Source: Chara braunii (lineage: Eukaryota; Plantae; Charophyceae). From it: a DNA stretch of 64,000 nt. The stretch covers positions 2,045,264 through 2,109,263 of the forward strand of contig BFEA01000032.1 of the NCBI GenBank assembly GCA_003427395.1, given 5' to 3'. Of this stretch, positions 52,801 through 64,000 are shown one piece after another. A program made the position numbers and the translations under genes. The notes under the pieces were generated by a model. The model was not told the origin of the DNA and searched no databases. It worked only from the letters and a program-made list of their open reading frames with translations. How positions within the stretch are numbered: the stretch's first letter is position 1; every line of letters begins with the position of its first letter.

Positions 52801-53669
52801 CCAGCAGGTGTCAAAGAAAAAATGGCTCTGCTCTGCGGCTGTCACCATACTGAGGCCTACCGTAGTGCGCACCAGGCTGCCTCAACATCATACAACTTCT
52901 TCGACTGTCGCTCGCCTCCAACTTGTGGGAAGTCCCACTGGTGCCATATTTGTGCTAGGAAAGCATGAACCTGTACATAACATTGGCCAGGAACAGGCTT
53001 CCTTTTTGTTTTTTTTTTTGTTTTTTTTTTAGGTAACCCCCCTCAGAAGACCCGCTCTCCACCCTTCCTCTGATCAATTACCCTGGCGCACCCTCACCCC
53101 CTCTGTGCTACCTTAGTGTGGACAACCCAGGACCATCACCGATCCAGGCTTGTGCGTCCTTGGCATGAACACATACGAGAGGCCTAGCCTTCAGTCGCAG
53201 TTGGGAGTGCTATCCACTTCTCAGAAAGAGAAGTATTGTGAGAAGGCAAAGTGCTGCTGGCGGAATTTACCCACAGCAGGGAATGCAGGCAATTCCCCAA
53301 CAATCAGAAATGCTTGACAGCTTACCTTGTAGATTCCAGACGCAAGGCAGAAGTTAACCAAAACATGGTCAACGCCAACGTCGCCAAGTCTTTTTTGTTT
53401 TGTTTTTGGAGAAAAACGTTGCCCTGGGTTACCATTGAGGGTGATAAGAGCATCCTCCATTAGTATCCTGCAGTGATTGGCTCCAGTCAATTGGTGGGGA
53501 GCATCACCTGCTGGAAAACGGGTCCAGCGTCCCATAGGGAGAACAACTTCTCAAGTCCAATCTACTATTGTTCGAATTTTATTTTATCTAGCCTAGGGCC
53601 CTTTTGCATACACTCAGATATTTATCATTTTCCCTAGCCCCCGTCTGCATAAGTTAAAGATATCTGTCT

Positions 53670-56200
53670 TGCGCGTCCCCTCTTCCCCGAATCATTCTAT
53701 ACACTATCTTGCACGGTTTGGTAACACGCAATGGAAGGTCTCCAGCTCATCAAGACAGCAGGAACTGGCAGCCCCTCAGCTCAAGCTGGATCGACTTACA
53801 TTGGGACCCACTGTAGGTGAACACTTTTTGAGAGGTTGTGGAGACAGCTGGGCCCGCATGAGTTGCCTCCCCCTGTAGGTGGCACCAGCAAAAGGTGACA
53901 AGTACTTTGTGAACAGGGTCATAACTGATGAAAGGGTTGCCTTCGCGCTCCACAAGGCCTCCCTTGGCCTGCCGCCCAGGGGGGTCCGAGAGCTTGAGGT
54001 CTATCTTTGTAGTGCTGAGGCTCTGTTTCATTGGTGGGGAGCAATACCTGCTGGCGACCAGGGTCAGTACAGTCAAAACATTACAGATGAGAGCACACTT
54101 CTTCACCCCAACCTCAATCAGGGCGCCAGGGAAACCATTACATCCAAGCCGACCATCACCGTTCAGCTGGGAAAGACCAAGACATGAGTCAACACGGAGC
54201 AGGGGGAAAGTGCAACACGGACTATTTGACGCAGGACATGACACCCCAGTTAACCAACCACAAACCAACTGGGCTCGACCACGCAGAAAAAAGATTCTGT
54301 TCCGAATCCAGAAACCAGTACTATGTCCCGGTCTGAAGCCATGTGAATAAGTGGAAAAGCGGGGTTCATAAATAGGCTCGAAGGTCATTCTCAAAACTTC
54401 TTCTACGATACTCGAGGAAAAAGGGGTCTAGGAATTCCAATGCTGGATAAATGGTCCTCGGTCTTCAATCCTCGTCCAGTCCTTGAAATGGATGGGACTC
54501 TAGACCATTCCTGTCCTAGTCTTCAATCCTGGTCCAGTCCTCAAAATGGGCAAAGGGTCCTAGGTCTTCAATCCTGGTGCAGTCCTTGAAATGAAGCTTG
54601 GCCATCTCCCGTCACGTAACCTGTCATCAGTCTAACTGACCCCAACCTGAAGCCATTCAGATGACAAGTCAGTGATTAATCGTTTTCTTTTTCCGTCACC
54701 CTCCAGCTCTTCCGATTTTCTTTTCGGTTCCCCATCATTAAGAAGAAAGAGGGCACATGGTACTCCAAATATAGAGATGGTGGGACGCAGTGTGGAAATA
54801 CCTGACGGGAGACCATTTCCCCTGGAACATTTGCTTCATCCTCCTGGGGAAACCAATAGACTACCCACCACAGTGGACACCCTTCCAACACCACCTGATC
54901 AGGAACACCAGACTAGTCCTATTAATGGTCGTATCGAGGGCAAGATGGTCGACAAAAAGGAAGGAACACAGAGGGATCGAGGACGCTATAAGAGCAAACA
55001 TCAGCGGGGCACATCATAAACTGCTCAGAGCACAGGAATTGCAACGACTGAGTTGTTAAATTCGCATACCTTCCCCACCCGCTGGCAGTGTCTAAAGTCT
55101 GCAGAAACGACAATGGGCAATGCACACTAGAAGCGTACGATCTTCAAATGCCAGGGGCCAGATTATCCAAAATCACAAGAAATGACTACCTAGATGGGAT
55201 CGAAGCTCCGAGTCGTGGGGGGCCCACAAGAGGGGGGGTTGTACTTGAACCCACAACCGCAGTCGCCAAGCCGCCAGTTGACCCGGCAGAGTGGGAATGG
55301 CCTGGCCCGAAGCCCATGCATATATGGGACTACAAAGTCAAAGGGGGCTACAGGGCCTCAAGGACCACCCCACGATCGACCAAACATTATCCACCAGATG
55401 GGCGCCCTTGGACACGCAGATGATAGACGACCTGCCTTGGGTTAAGTATGCCAAGATTATGCCCACGAATTTGAGAGCCCTTCAATGGCAAATTCTCCAT
55501 CGTTGCCTGCCCAGTCCCGTCTGGCTGGTATCTCGAAAAGACCTGGAACAAAAAGGGTTGTTGTCACCTATATGTGCCTACTGTGGCAGAGCATCGCTGC
55601 CAGCCAGGGCAATTTTGGAGCATTGCCCATTGGCCTGCCCTATGGTCACCCAATTATGGCAATTGTGGGATGCAGCCTTCCACTCCCTCACAGGGGTGCA
55701 CATCCCATGGGACCTGGGGCAGCTACTACTAGGTAAAAAACAACACTTGAAGACACACTGTTCCCCCTTAGCAACCAACCTATTCATACACGAGACTGCA
55801 GGTCCTCATGCTAGCCTGGAGAGTCAGGTGCTCGTTTGAAAGAAGAGACCACCAATTCGGTCTGCAGGAAGCCCAACAAGTGTTGGAAGAGGAAATCAGG
55901 TCCCATCCACAAGAAGCCTGGAAGGCATTCCTACGGGACTAGAGGGAGGAGAAAGATCCTAGTGTTCAGGAGACCCTTAAGACAGCTTATCGGCTGGTTT
56001 GGCAGGATCCGCACCAATTTTTTTCCGAACTTGATAGCGAGCTTAACATTCGCTGGACGCAGTGGAGGACCACATAACCTTCATGGCAAAGGAGACCCAC
56101 CCACTGCGTTCAGGTTCCCTTCTTGCAACCTAATTTTGTGCTGGTAACATGACATGGCTCCAGCCAGACTCTCCCTCCTCAAAGGGGTTACACTCTCGGG
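53670..56200 (+). mobile_element. Decayed L1-clade LINE ORF2, 3' half (zf-RVT region)
   Basis: LQWQILHRCLPS...PICAYC...EHCPLACPMVTQLWQ, paralogous to 60103-61623 (-). Confidence 0.8.
54320..54409 (-). pseudogene. 90-bp group II intron RT domain 2 fragment (micro-NUMT) inside a LINE remnant
   Basis: IVEEVLRMTFEPIYEPRFSTYSHGFRPGHS. Confidence 0.8.
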
Positions 56201-59046
56201 GCACCCTACGATTACTGCCTCGGTCCCATCATGTCTTGCGTCCCCCATCCCTTACCCTTCCCCTCCCCCNNNNNNNNNNNNNNNNNNNNNNNNNNNNNNN
56301 NNNNNNNNNNNNNNNNNNNNNNNNNNNNNNNNNNNNNNNNNNNNNNNNNNNNNNNNNNNNNNNNNNNNNNNNNNNNNNNNNNNNNNNNNNNNNNNNNNNN
56401 NNNNNNNNNNNNNNNNNNNNNNNNNNNNNNNNNNNNNNNNNNNNNNNNNNNNNNNNNNNNNNNNNNNNNNTCAATCCTCTTTACCTCACTCCGGCAAGCC
56501 TTACTGCAGCAGAGCCACCATCTCCGCTGCTGCTGTACCCTAACTCCATCCTACAAGCTAGCCCCTTCGCTAGTAGGACGCTTAATATCCAACCGTCTAC
56601 TCCTCTCACCTTTTCTTGAAAAATTTAAGAAGACCTCCCCCTGCGAGTATTGATTGCCCGGGAAAACCAGGGGATTAACTGAGCAGGGACGATCCTAATA
56701 GTTTGTAAAAATTGGAAGATATGAAAACATGCAACCTCTGGAACAGTCAACCCGAAAAAACCTGCCTCCATCATCGAAAGGAAAAACCTCAATGGAGTTA
56801 ATAGCAAGTGGCCGGTACCCGCCAAAGTACTTGGCGCCAATCGCATCCACCCCGACTCCCTCCATCCCAGTCATTTCCTCACTCCGTCCTTGTAAGGGGT
56901 TTCAGGGAACCACTTCTCAGCAGGGGGTGAGCACCATCATCCCCCGAAGTTCCTTGCCCCCACAAGAACTCCAGTCTCAGTCCTCAAGGGGGTGAACTAG
57001 CGCTACCCAACGCCAATCGCATCTGATACGAGCTTCCCCTAGCCGGTACCCGTCAAGCAACCCTATTCCATCCCCTCTCCGTCTTTGCAAAGAATCATTT
57101 CATGCCCCTCCCTCCCCGATATGCTAAAGCGAGGAAGGGTTGCGAAGCGGAGCGACTGCAAAGAACAGAAGTGCTACAAAGGGACACAAAGCTACAACAG
57201 GAAGGGAGAGGAACAATGCGGCACCACAACGGCTAGACAAGCATTTGTCAGGGAAGTGGCAGGCGAGGCAGGCAATACACAATATCAGCCAGTGAAAGAG
57301 GTCAAATTGCATAAAAACAGCTGAAACACAATGGCGCCTGGGATCGGGAGAGGTGCATTTTGGAATGCATAGCCACGACCCTCTCCTTCCTGGGAGCAGT
57401 GACAAGGAGGGATCCTCCTTTATCAGAATACTGGTGACTAGATCCCGAGGTTGACAGAACTGACTGATTGACAATCTACTTGGCTCATAATAACGAGTTT
57501 GGGAAGGTAGCCTGCCTACATGAATAGAGGTTCAACAATAGTCCATAGCAAAGAGAAGTGACCACTGGCTGGGAGACTGGGCTCTCTTAGGAGTAGTAAT
57601 ACAAAAAGGGTATACTTGCACTCAACCCAGGCTATCAGGTAGGCAAATGACTTACGTTGCAGAGTTGCTCTGATTGTCAATTGTCCCTCATTTATGGCTG
57701 GGTCCTGCAGCCTGCAGTCATCATGGTCACATGGCTATCCAATCAAACCGAAATGATGTTCAGGAACGCTGGATCCGACTTCCAGCAGGTGCTGCTCCCC
57801 ACCAATAGATGGAGCCCCCGAGAGTGCGAGTGGTGCCTGCTCATATAAGCACCCCTATCATCAACTCAGGCTGTTTCCCCCCCCGCCAAAAAAAAAAAAA
57901 AACAGAGAAGAGTATCCCCTGGATGCTTCTGCTGTTCTGCAAAGAATGTCAGCTTCACACTGGCCTATGTGGCTGAATGCTACACCCATGCAACTGTTGA
58001 GAACCAGATCCTGAGTGGGAATGCAGAGGAAATCGGGACGGAGATCATGAGTTGGAATGCAGAGGGAATCGGATGGATACAATAAGGTTAAGGGTTAACG
58101 CCTCTTTTTCGGGAAAGAAAGAAGCAATGTCAACTTCTTTGATGTCTAGAAGGTGAAAGTTCAGCAGCTGTCTTGGAAAGCTCATGGTGCTCTGCGATTA
58201 CATGTATGAAAAAAAAAAACAAAAAAAAACGGGAATTGCAACAACTACAGAACGGAAGAACAAAGCTAATGCAGGCCTTGCAGGCGGACCAGGCCCATTG
58301 GATAGATAAAGATAGAAAACTATGCGACCAAGTCAAAGACGGCAAATAACGTGGAAAATTTGGAGTCTCCATGAGGAAAGGTGGCTCCAAAAAGCTGGAG
58401 GTATCTCTGGCTGTGCCCTTCACTGCTGTCCGAGTGCCAGTGCCGGTCGAGGTTCCGATTTGTTCCTGCACTATACAGCCTCCGAGAGGTCTTCCCCCAA
58501 CTTTCTGATGTCCTGATAAGCTGTCTCCCGGAAGGGTTCTCCCTTTTCGACCAACAGCGTTCTTTCGTCCTTTCCGCTGCTAGCTCTGCCCGGCTCTTTT
58601 TCCAGTCGCCTTGGTTGGCGCTCCTTCCCTAGGAAGGACGCGGTTGATCGTCTTCTTCCAAGTCTGGAGTCATGATGCGGTCCACTCTCTCTTTCCGTCA
58701 TGTTGTCCCTCCCAGCCCCTGTTTCAGGGGGGTGATGAAATTGTGTCCTTTCCACTTGCCCCATTGATTTCTTGCTCCATTTGCTGGCCTTTCCCCTGTC
58801 CTCTGTGCCCAGCTGGCCATTCCAGTTAGCATCTGAAGAAGGGAGGGGGTACCGGGGGGGGAGGGGGAGATGGTGTTCACGAGAAGGACTTCAGGGCTTG
58901 GGCCGTGTTAGATATGGCGGGGTCGGGAATGCGGGCGGTGGATTTTCTGTTGATTACATCTTTAATCGCAAGGGAGAGGGAATGGGGGAAATGTTTGTTG
59001 TTCATCAATCACCTCCTCTGTTACCATCTACCTTGGTGTGGCACAT

Positions 59047-59050
<4 letters not shown>

Positions 59051-59083
<33 letters not shown>

Positions 59084-62000
59084 NNNNNNNNNNNNNNNNN
59101 NNNNNNNNNNNNNNNNNNNNNNNNNNNNNNNNNNNNNNNNNNNNNNNNNNNNNNNNNNNNNNNNNNNNNNNNNGCCCTTGTGATATCCCTCTATCCCGGC
59201 GGTGGTAAGAGAACCGTCAGAATTGAGGCCTTATCTGTCTGGCTGCTCCATCTATTGGCGGGGAGCGGCACCGGCTGGAAACCGGGTCCAGCGTTCCATT
59301 GATACATCAGGTAGCACAGAAATTGGTGTTTGTTGATTCCTGGGGCTGTGGTTATTATTGACTCAGCCTGGGGCACCTATATCCCTTGTAGCTGCTAGTG
59401 TCACCCTACCCTTTTAAAAGCACCCATTATCTATTACCCCATCCCTATTTCAGCAGCCCCCCTGTATTGCTATGTTTAATCATTTAGCCTAACCTGGTAA
59501 AACAACCTACACCACCCCCTGAGACCTCACCCTATCCTTCTGAGTCAACCAAGTACCCTGTTTCCCTGTTCCCCCAAGCTAATGCAGTACAGGGAGGCGT
59601 GTGTAGTTGTTACCAACCTGCCATTTGCTGCTGCTAAGTGGACAATGCCTTGACTCTATTGTCCCATGGAGCTGCCAACATTCCCCATCACTTTTTTGGA
59701 GCATATTCAGCATCCCCCCATTATTCATTGATACTACAAATATTCGATTAGAAAAATCTTTAAACCCCATAAACCTTGTACCCTTTCAGAACCCCTGCAG
59801 AAGCCATGCAGAACCCGCGCTTGCCACCATTATTGATCCTTGGAGTCCGCAGCAACAGTGCCCTCTCTCAGTGTTGGTGTCTTCGTCGTCGTTGGTGCCT
59901 GTTGCTGTCATTCAGTCCCCTATCATCCAGCAGTCTGGAGAGCAGAGGCGGGCAGTGGGGCGAGCAGGGGAGGGCAGTGGGGCTACTGTGAAGGGGGAGG
60001 GGGAGAGTGTGCTTGGTGCATCGGGTTTGTCGGAGGGATCGAGGGGAGGGCGGGTGGTTGGGCAGGCGGGTCAGAACTCGGGAGGAGGATGAAAACAGTT
60101 TGTTAGGTTCCTGCCAAATCTGCATATAGGAGTCGCGAATGGTTTCCATGTAATATCCAGATCGGTGTCAAGTTCCTCTGCCAATAGAGTTCCGTTCTCC
60201 TCCATGGTTTCCATGTAATATCCAGATCGGTGTCAAGTTCCGAAAACAGTTTGTTAGGTTCCTGCCAAATCTGCATATAGGAGTCGTGAATGACCTCCTT
60301 GATGGGAGGGTCTTTCTCCTCAGAGAATTCATGCTTCATACTTTTCCATGCTTCCTGGGTTTTGGTCCTCATTTGCTCTTCCACCACCTTTTGCGCCTGC
60401 AGCAGGCCAAATTGGTGGTCCTTCCTTTCAAACGAGCATCTGGCTCTCCAAGCCAACACAAGGATATGTAGCCTTGTGTATGAAAAGAGGTTGCCCGCGA
60501 ACGGGGACCAATGTGCCATTAAATGGCGGTTCTCACGTAGTAACAGGAGGCCTAGGTCCCAGGGGATGTGATATCCAGTGAGGGAGTGAAAGGCCGCATC
60601 CCACCATTGCCATAATTGGGTGACCATCGGGCATGCCAGTAAGCAGTGTTTGAGGGTTGCTCTGGCTGGCGTGTGGGTACTTACACAATATGTGTAGATG
60701 GGGGATAGTTCCCCTTGTTGTTTTAGGTTAGTCCTAGACACGAGGCAATTAGGTGTGGGGAGGCAGCGATGCAAGATCTGCCACTGCAGAGACCTATGGT
60801 TTGTGGGCATGATCTTCGCATATCTGGACCAGTCAAAATATTATGACAGTTTAAGCCCCAACGGTGAGTCACGAGCCCATCTTTTCGCCACCGTTTGGCT
60901 GATCGGCTTGGCTCTGACGTGTTGTTCTGTATTCCCCTTTCAATGTGTAGTTCCATATGTGCATCGGTATAGAGCCTGACCATTCCCGTTCTGCTGGGTC
61001 AAAGCGAAGCTTGGCCACGGGTGGGGTGGTTTCGTATGCGTAGTAGCCATTTTTTTGGTCCCCCACCACTCTCACTTGCACCAATCCCCCCCATCCACAT
61101 GATGTGTCCAAATTGTCATTTTTTAACAGTTTTGTGAATCTAGCCCCAGGCAGATGGGGCTCATAAGTTTCCAGTTCACAGGTTCCGTGATTGTTCTCCT
61201 TGACCTTGAATATGATTAGATGGACAGGCGCGTCCGAATATTTGACCACCAGTCATCACGTCGGACTGTCGGTCCTTCCTGCAGGGTGAGCCGCCAGGCG
61301 ACTGGAAGAGTCTCTTTTAGCAGGTCTGCCTTTTCCTCTACATTTTTAACATGTTTAAGTTTTTGTTGCAGCTGGTCAAGGGTTGCCCACTCCCCTCTCA
61401 CTGCATCCCACAGGTTGCCGACCGTGAAAACACCCTTCTTGGCCCGAATGAGCCAAGGGGAATTCGTTTTCAGAAGGAAGGGTTGGCCTGATTCTTGTAA
61501 AATATACGGGTTGCCAAAGAGGGGTTGCCTCCATATATCGTGCCACATGTTCAGGGGATGTTTTTGTTGGGGACCCCGTCGTCTCCAAAGTCTGATTACA
61601 TAAGGCCAGAGCGGATCTGTCATTATGTCCAGCTTTATGGCGTGTGCCGGGTCAGCTGGGTATGCAGGGTGTGCTTATTTTGAGGGCGAGGGGATGGTCC
61701 AGTGGTTGTTTGTCAGCCATTGGAACGGGTGGATCTTTCCAGATATATCGTTTTGTGGAGCAAGGTTGGCTTTTTGCAAGCAAGCAAACGGCTTCCAGGG
61801 AATGTCATTTCCAATAAGGAGACGGACGTGGACTTTGAAAATAAGTGCCTAAGTCTCATTTTCGGGATTCAATATTCCCAGACCCCCTTTGGATATGGGT
61901 TGTGTGAGGAAGTCCCAATTCACTCTGTTGACGCAGCCCTGAGTCTTAGCGTTGTTTTTCCACAGGTACGTCGTAAGGGTTTTCTTTAGTCTTGCGTGTT

Positions 62001-63769
62001 GTTGTTTGGTCAATGGTCATACTGCCAATTTATATCAGATGGCCGCCAAGACTGCACTATTGATTGCTAAGGCGTGCCCCACCAGTGATGTGTGTAGGCC
62101 CTCCCATTTGGCCAGTCGGTCCAGGATCATGTTAACCAGCATGTCCCCATGGTCTGCAGGAGGACCCACGACAATCAGTCTCACTCCTGGTATCCTTATG
62201 GCTTCTTCTTTGCTAGCCCATGCTAGACTCGGCTCAGATGGGGGTGGCTGTCCTTGAGGATGGAGCCACCAACCCTCAGTCTTTGAACCCCAGTTGACTT
62301 TCATGTCGGCCGCAAACGAGAAAATGTGAATAACTTAGGTGAGAGTTTGAACATTGTCTGGATCTGCTCGTTTTAGTACTGTGAGATCGTTCGCAAAGAG
62401 TGATGTCACTAGTATGAGGTGGTGCGGTATGTCCGGGATTGACACTTTGTTGATACGCGGATGCGCTCTAATCATCGATGCAAGGGTCTCCATGACAATC
62501 ACAAACAGCAATGGTGCGATGGAATCTCCCTGTCGCAATGATTTTTGAAGGTAAATCGTTGGCGAGAGGTTGCTATTTAGCAATATGTTGGTCGACGCAG
62601 ATCTGTGCAACAGGTCCACCCATCGACAAAATACCGGACCAAAATTCATTTTCACTAGGCACATGTCAAGGAAGTCCCGATCAACATGGTCATAAGGTTT
62701 TTCGAAGTCTATGAAGAGGATCGCAACTTGGACCATTCGTTGGCGGACATATTTGATGGTCTCATTGACCAATAGAATATTATCCTGGATGTTCCAATTG
62801 GACATGAATCCTGTCTGGTCCGGATGAACCAACATATTCATGAAAGGTAACAGTCCGTTAGTGAGAACGTTAGCCATAAGTTTGTAAGGAACCGAAAGTA
62901 GAGTGGTGGGTCTATAGTTTCTGATGTTCTCTTTGTCCCCTTTGTAGTAGAGGAGGGTAGTAACCCCCTGGTCGATCATTCCTCCCAAGGATCCTTCCTT
63001 TTGAATCACTTTTATGTACTTCATAAGATCATCCTTGAGGAGATCCCAAAAACCAACCCATAATTCTTTCGGGAAAGAGTATATCCCAGGCGTTTTCTCA
63101 TCCCCCATATCCTTTCGTCCAAGGTGACCCTTTGTTGCTCTGTTATAGAGGATTGAATAGCCTGTAGTAGCGTGTCTCTCGCTTGATGGACCTCATCTGG
63201 ATGTTTAGTGGGTGTCTCAGATGTGAACGGATTGATATAATATTTAGTCGCGTAGTCCACAATTGAATAAGCGTTGGTTGCAGGCAAGGCATCGTTGTCC
63301 AGAGGGTGATTAAGCCTGGAAACAGTAGCAGCTCTTGTCCTAGCCCTGACCTTGTTGAAAAAAACCTTTGCCATTGTCCTATCTGTGTGTTGTTTTTTAA
63401 TTTTGGCATGCTCAATATACATTTGAAGGTGATATCGAGCCTCTTGCATTTTAAAAAATAGGTTGGGAGGCGCAGCGGATACTTCATAAGCTCTTCATCC
63501 CATTCTTCTAAGTCTCGCATGAGACTTTCAAGGCAGGCCTTGCGGTCTCTCGCATGTTGGATGGAGAATTTTTTCGTTCTTTCTCGTAACTGCGTCACTC
63601 CCTCATTAAACCATTTCACTTTTTCCCCCACAACGGGTTTCTGGGATTGCCAATATTTCCAGAAGTAGGATGATAACGCTAGGACTGTCATTTCATAATC
63701 ATATTCAGCGAGGACCGGGGTTTTACAAATTCAATGCCTCCTTGCTTCCCCTCCCCAGATTCAAAACCC
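59051..63769 (-). mobile_element. 5'-truncated, 5'-inverted L1-clade LINE insertion with poly(A) and 17-bp TSD; ORF2 (RT + zf-RVT) disrupted
   Basis: RT motifs KTPG, NYRPTTLLSVPYKL, HPDQTGF, IDFEKPYD, LRQGDSIAPLLF, LFAND; poly(T) 59049-59083; TSD TGGTGTGG(C/T)ACATTCTT at 59034-59050 and 63770-63786. Confidence 0.9.
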
Positions 63770-64000
63770 TGGTGTGGTACATTCTTCATTTGTTCCGTTT
63801 GTGTGATCCGTGCAACCGCTCTTCGTTGTTTTTCATTTTCTCTGCATGTTTGTCAGTGACGATCATATCTCCCTACTTGCTGCAATCTTGGCAGCCATCT
63901 CCTGTTTCGTTGAGGAGAGCGATCTGGCAGCACACTGTATCTTGCATTCCCTTGACTTCAAATTGATTTGATATAACTCTGTTGGATCAATTTTACAGGC

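Overview
Eukaryotic nuclear DNA, repeat-rich, with long introns. The gene and organellar fragments point to a streptophyte, plausibly a charophyte alga such as Chara; this is inference, not proven. There is one intact host gene, eIF3b (+ strand, 12 coding exons, 16494-33372, 766 aa by manual splicing), which has an unusual N-terminal RPxTP-repeat extension. Around it lie: a decayed MuDR/MULE transposase; several L1-clade LINE remnants, including one insertion with a poly(A) tail, a 17-bp TSD and a twin-priming 5' inversion; tRNA-derived SINE-like heads; mini- and microsatellites; a ~295-bp palindrome; and a shattered mitochondrial insertion (NUMT) of about ten scrambled pieces. The most novel signal is a short, microsatellite-associated dispersed element (4 copies). 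Its longer copies carry a type III hammerhead ribozyme fold (retrozyme/Penelope-like), and one sits on the sense strand of an eIF3b intron. Assembly gaps lie at about 50590-51362, 56270-56470 and 59084-59172. All coordinates were read by eye.
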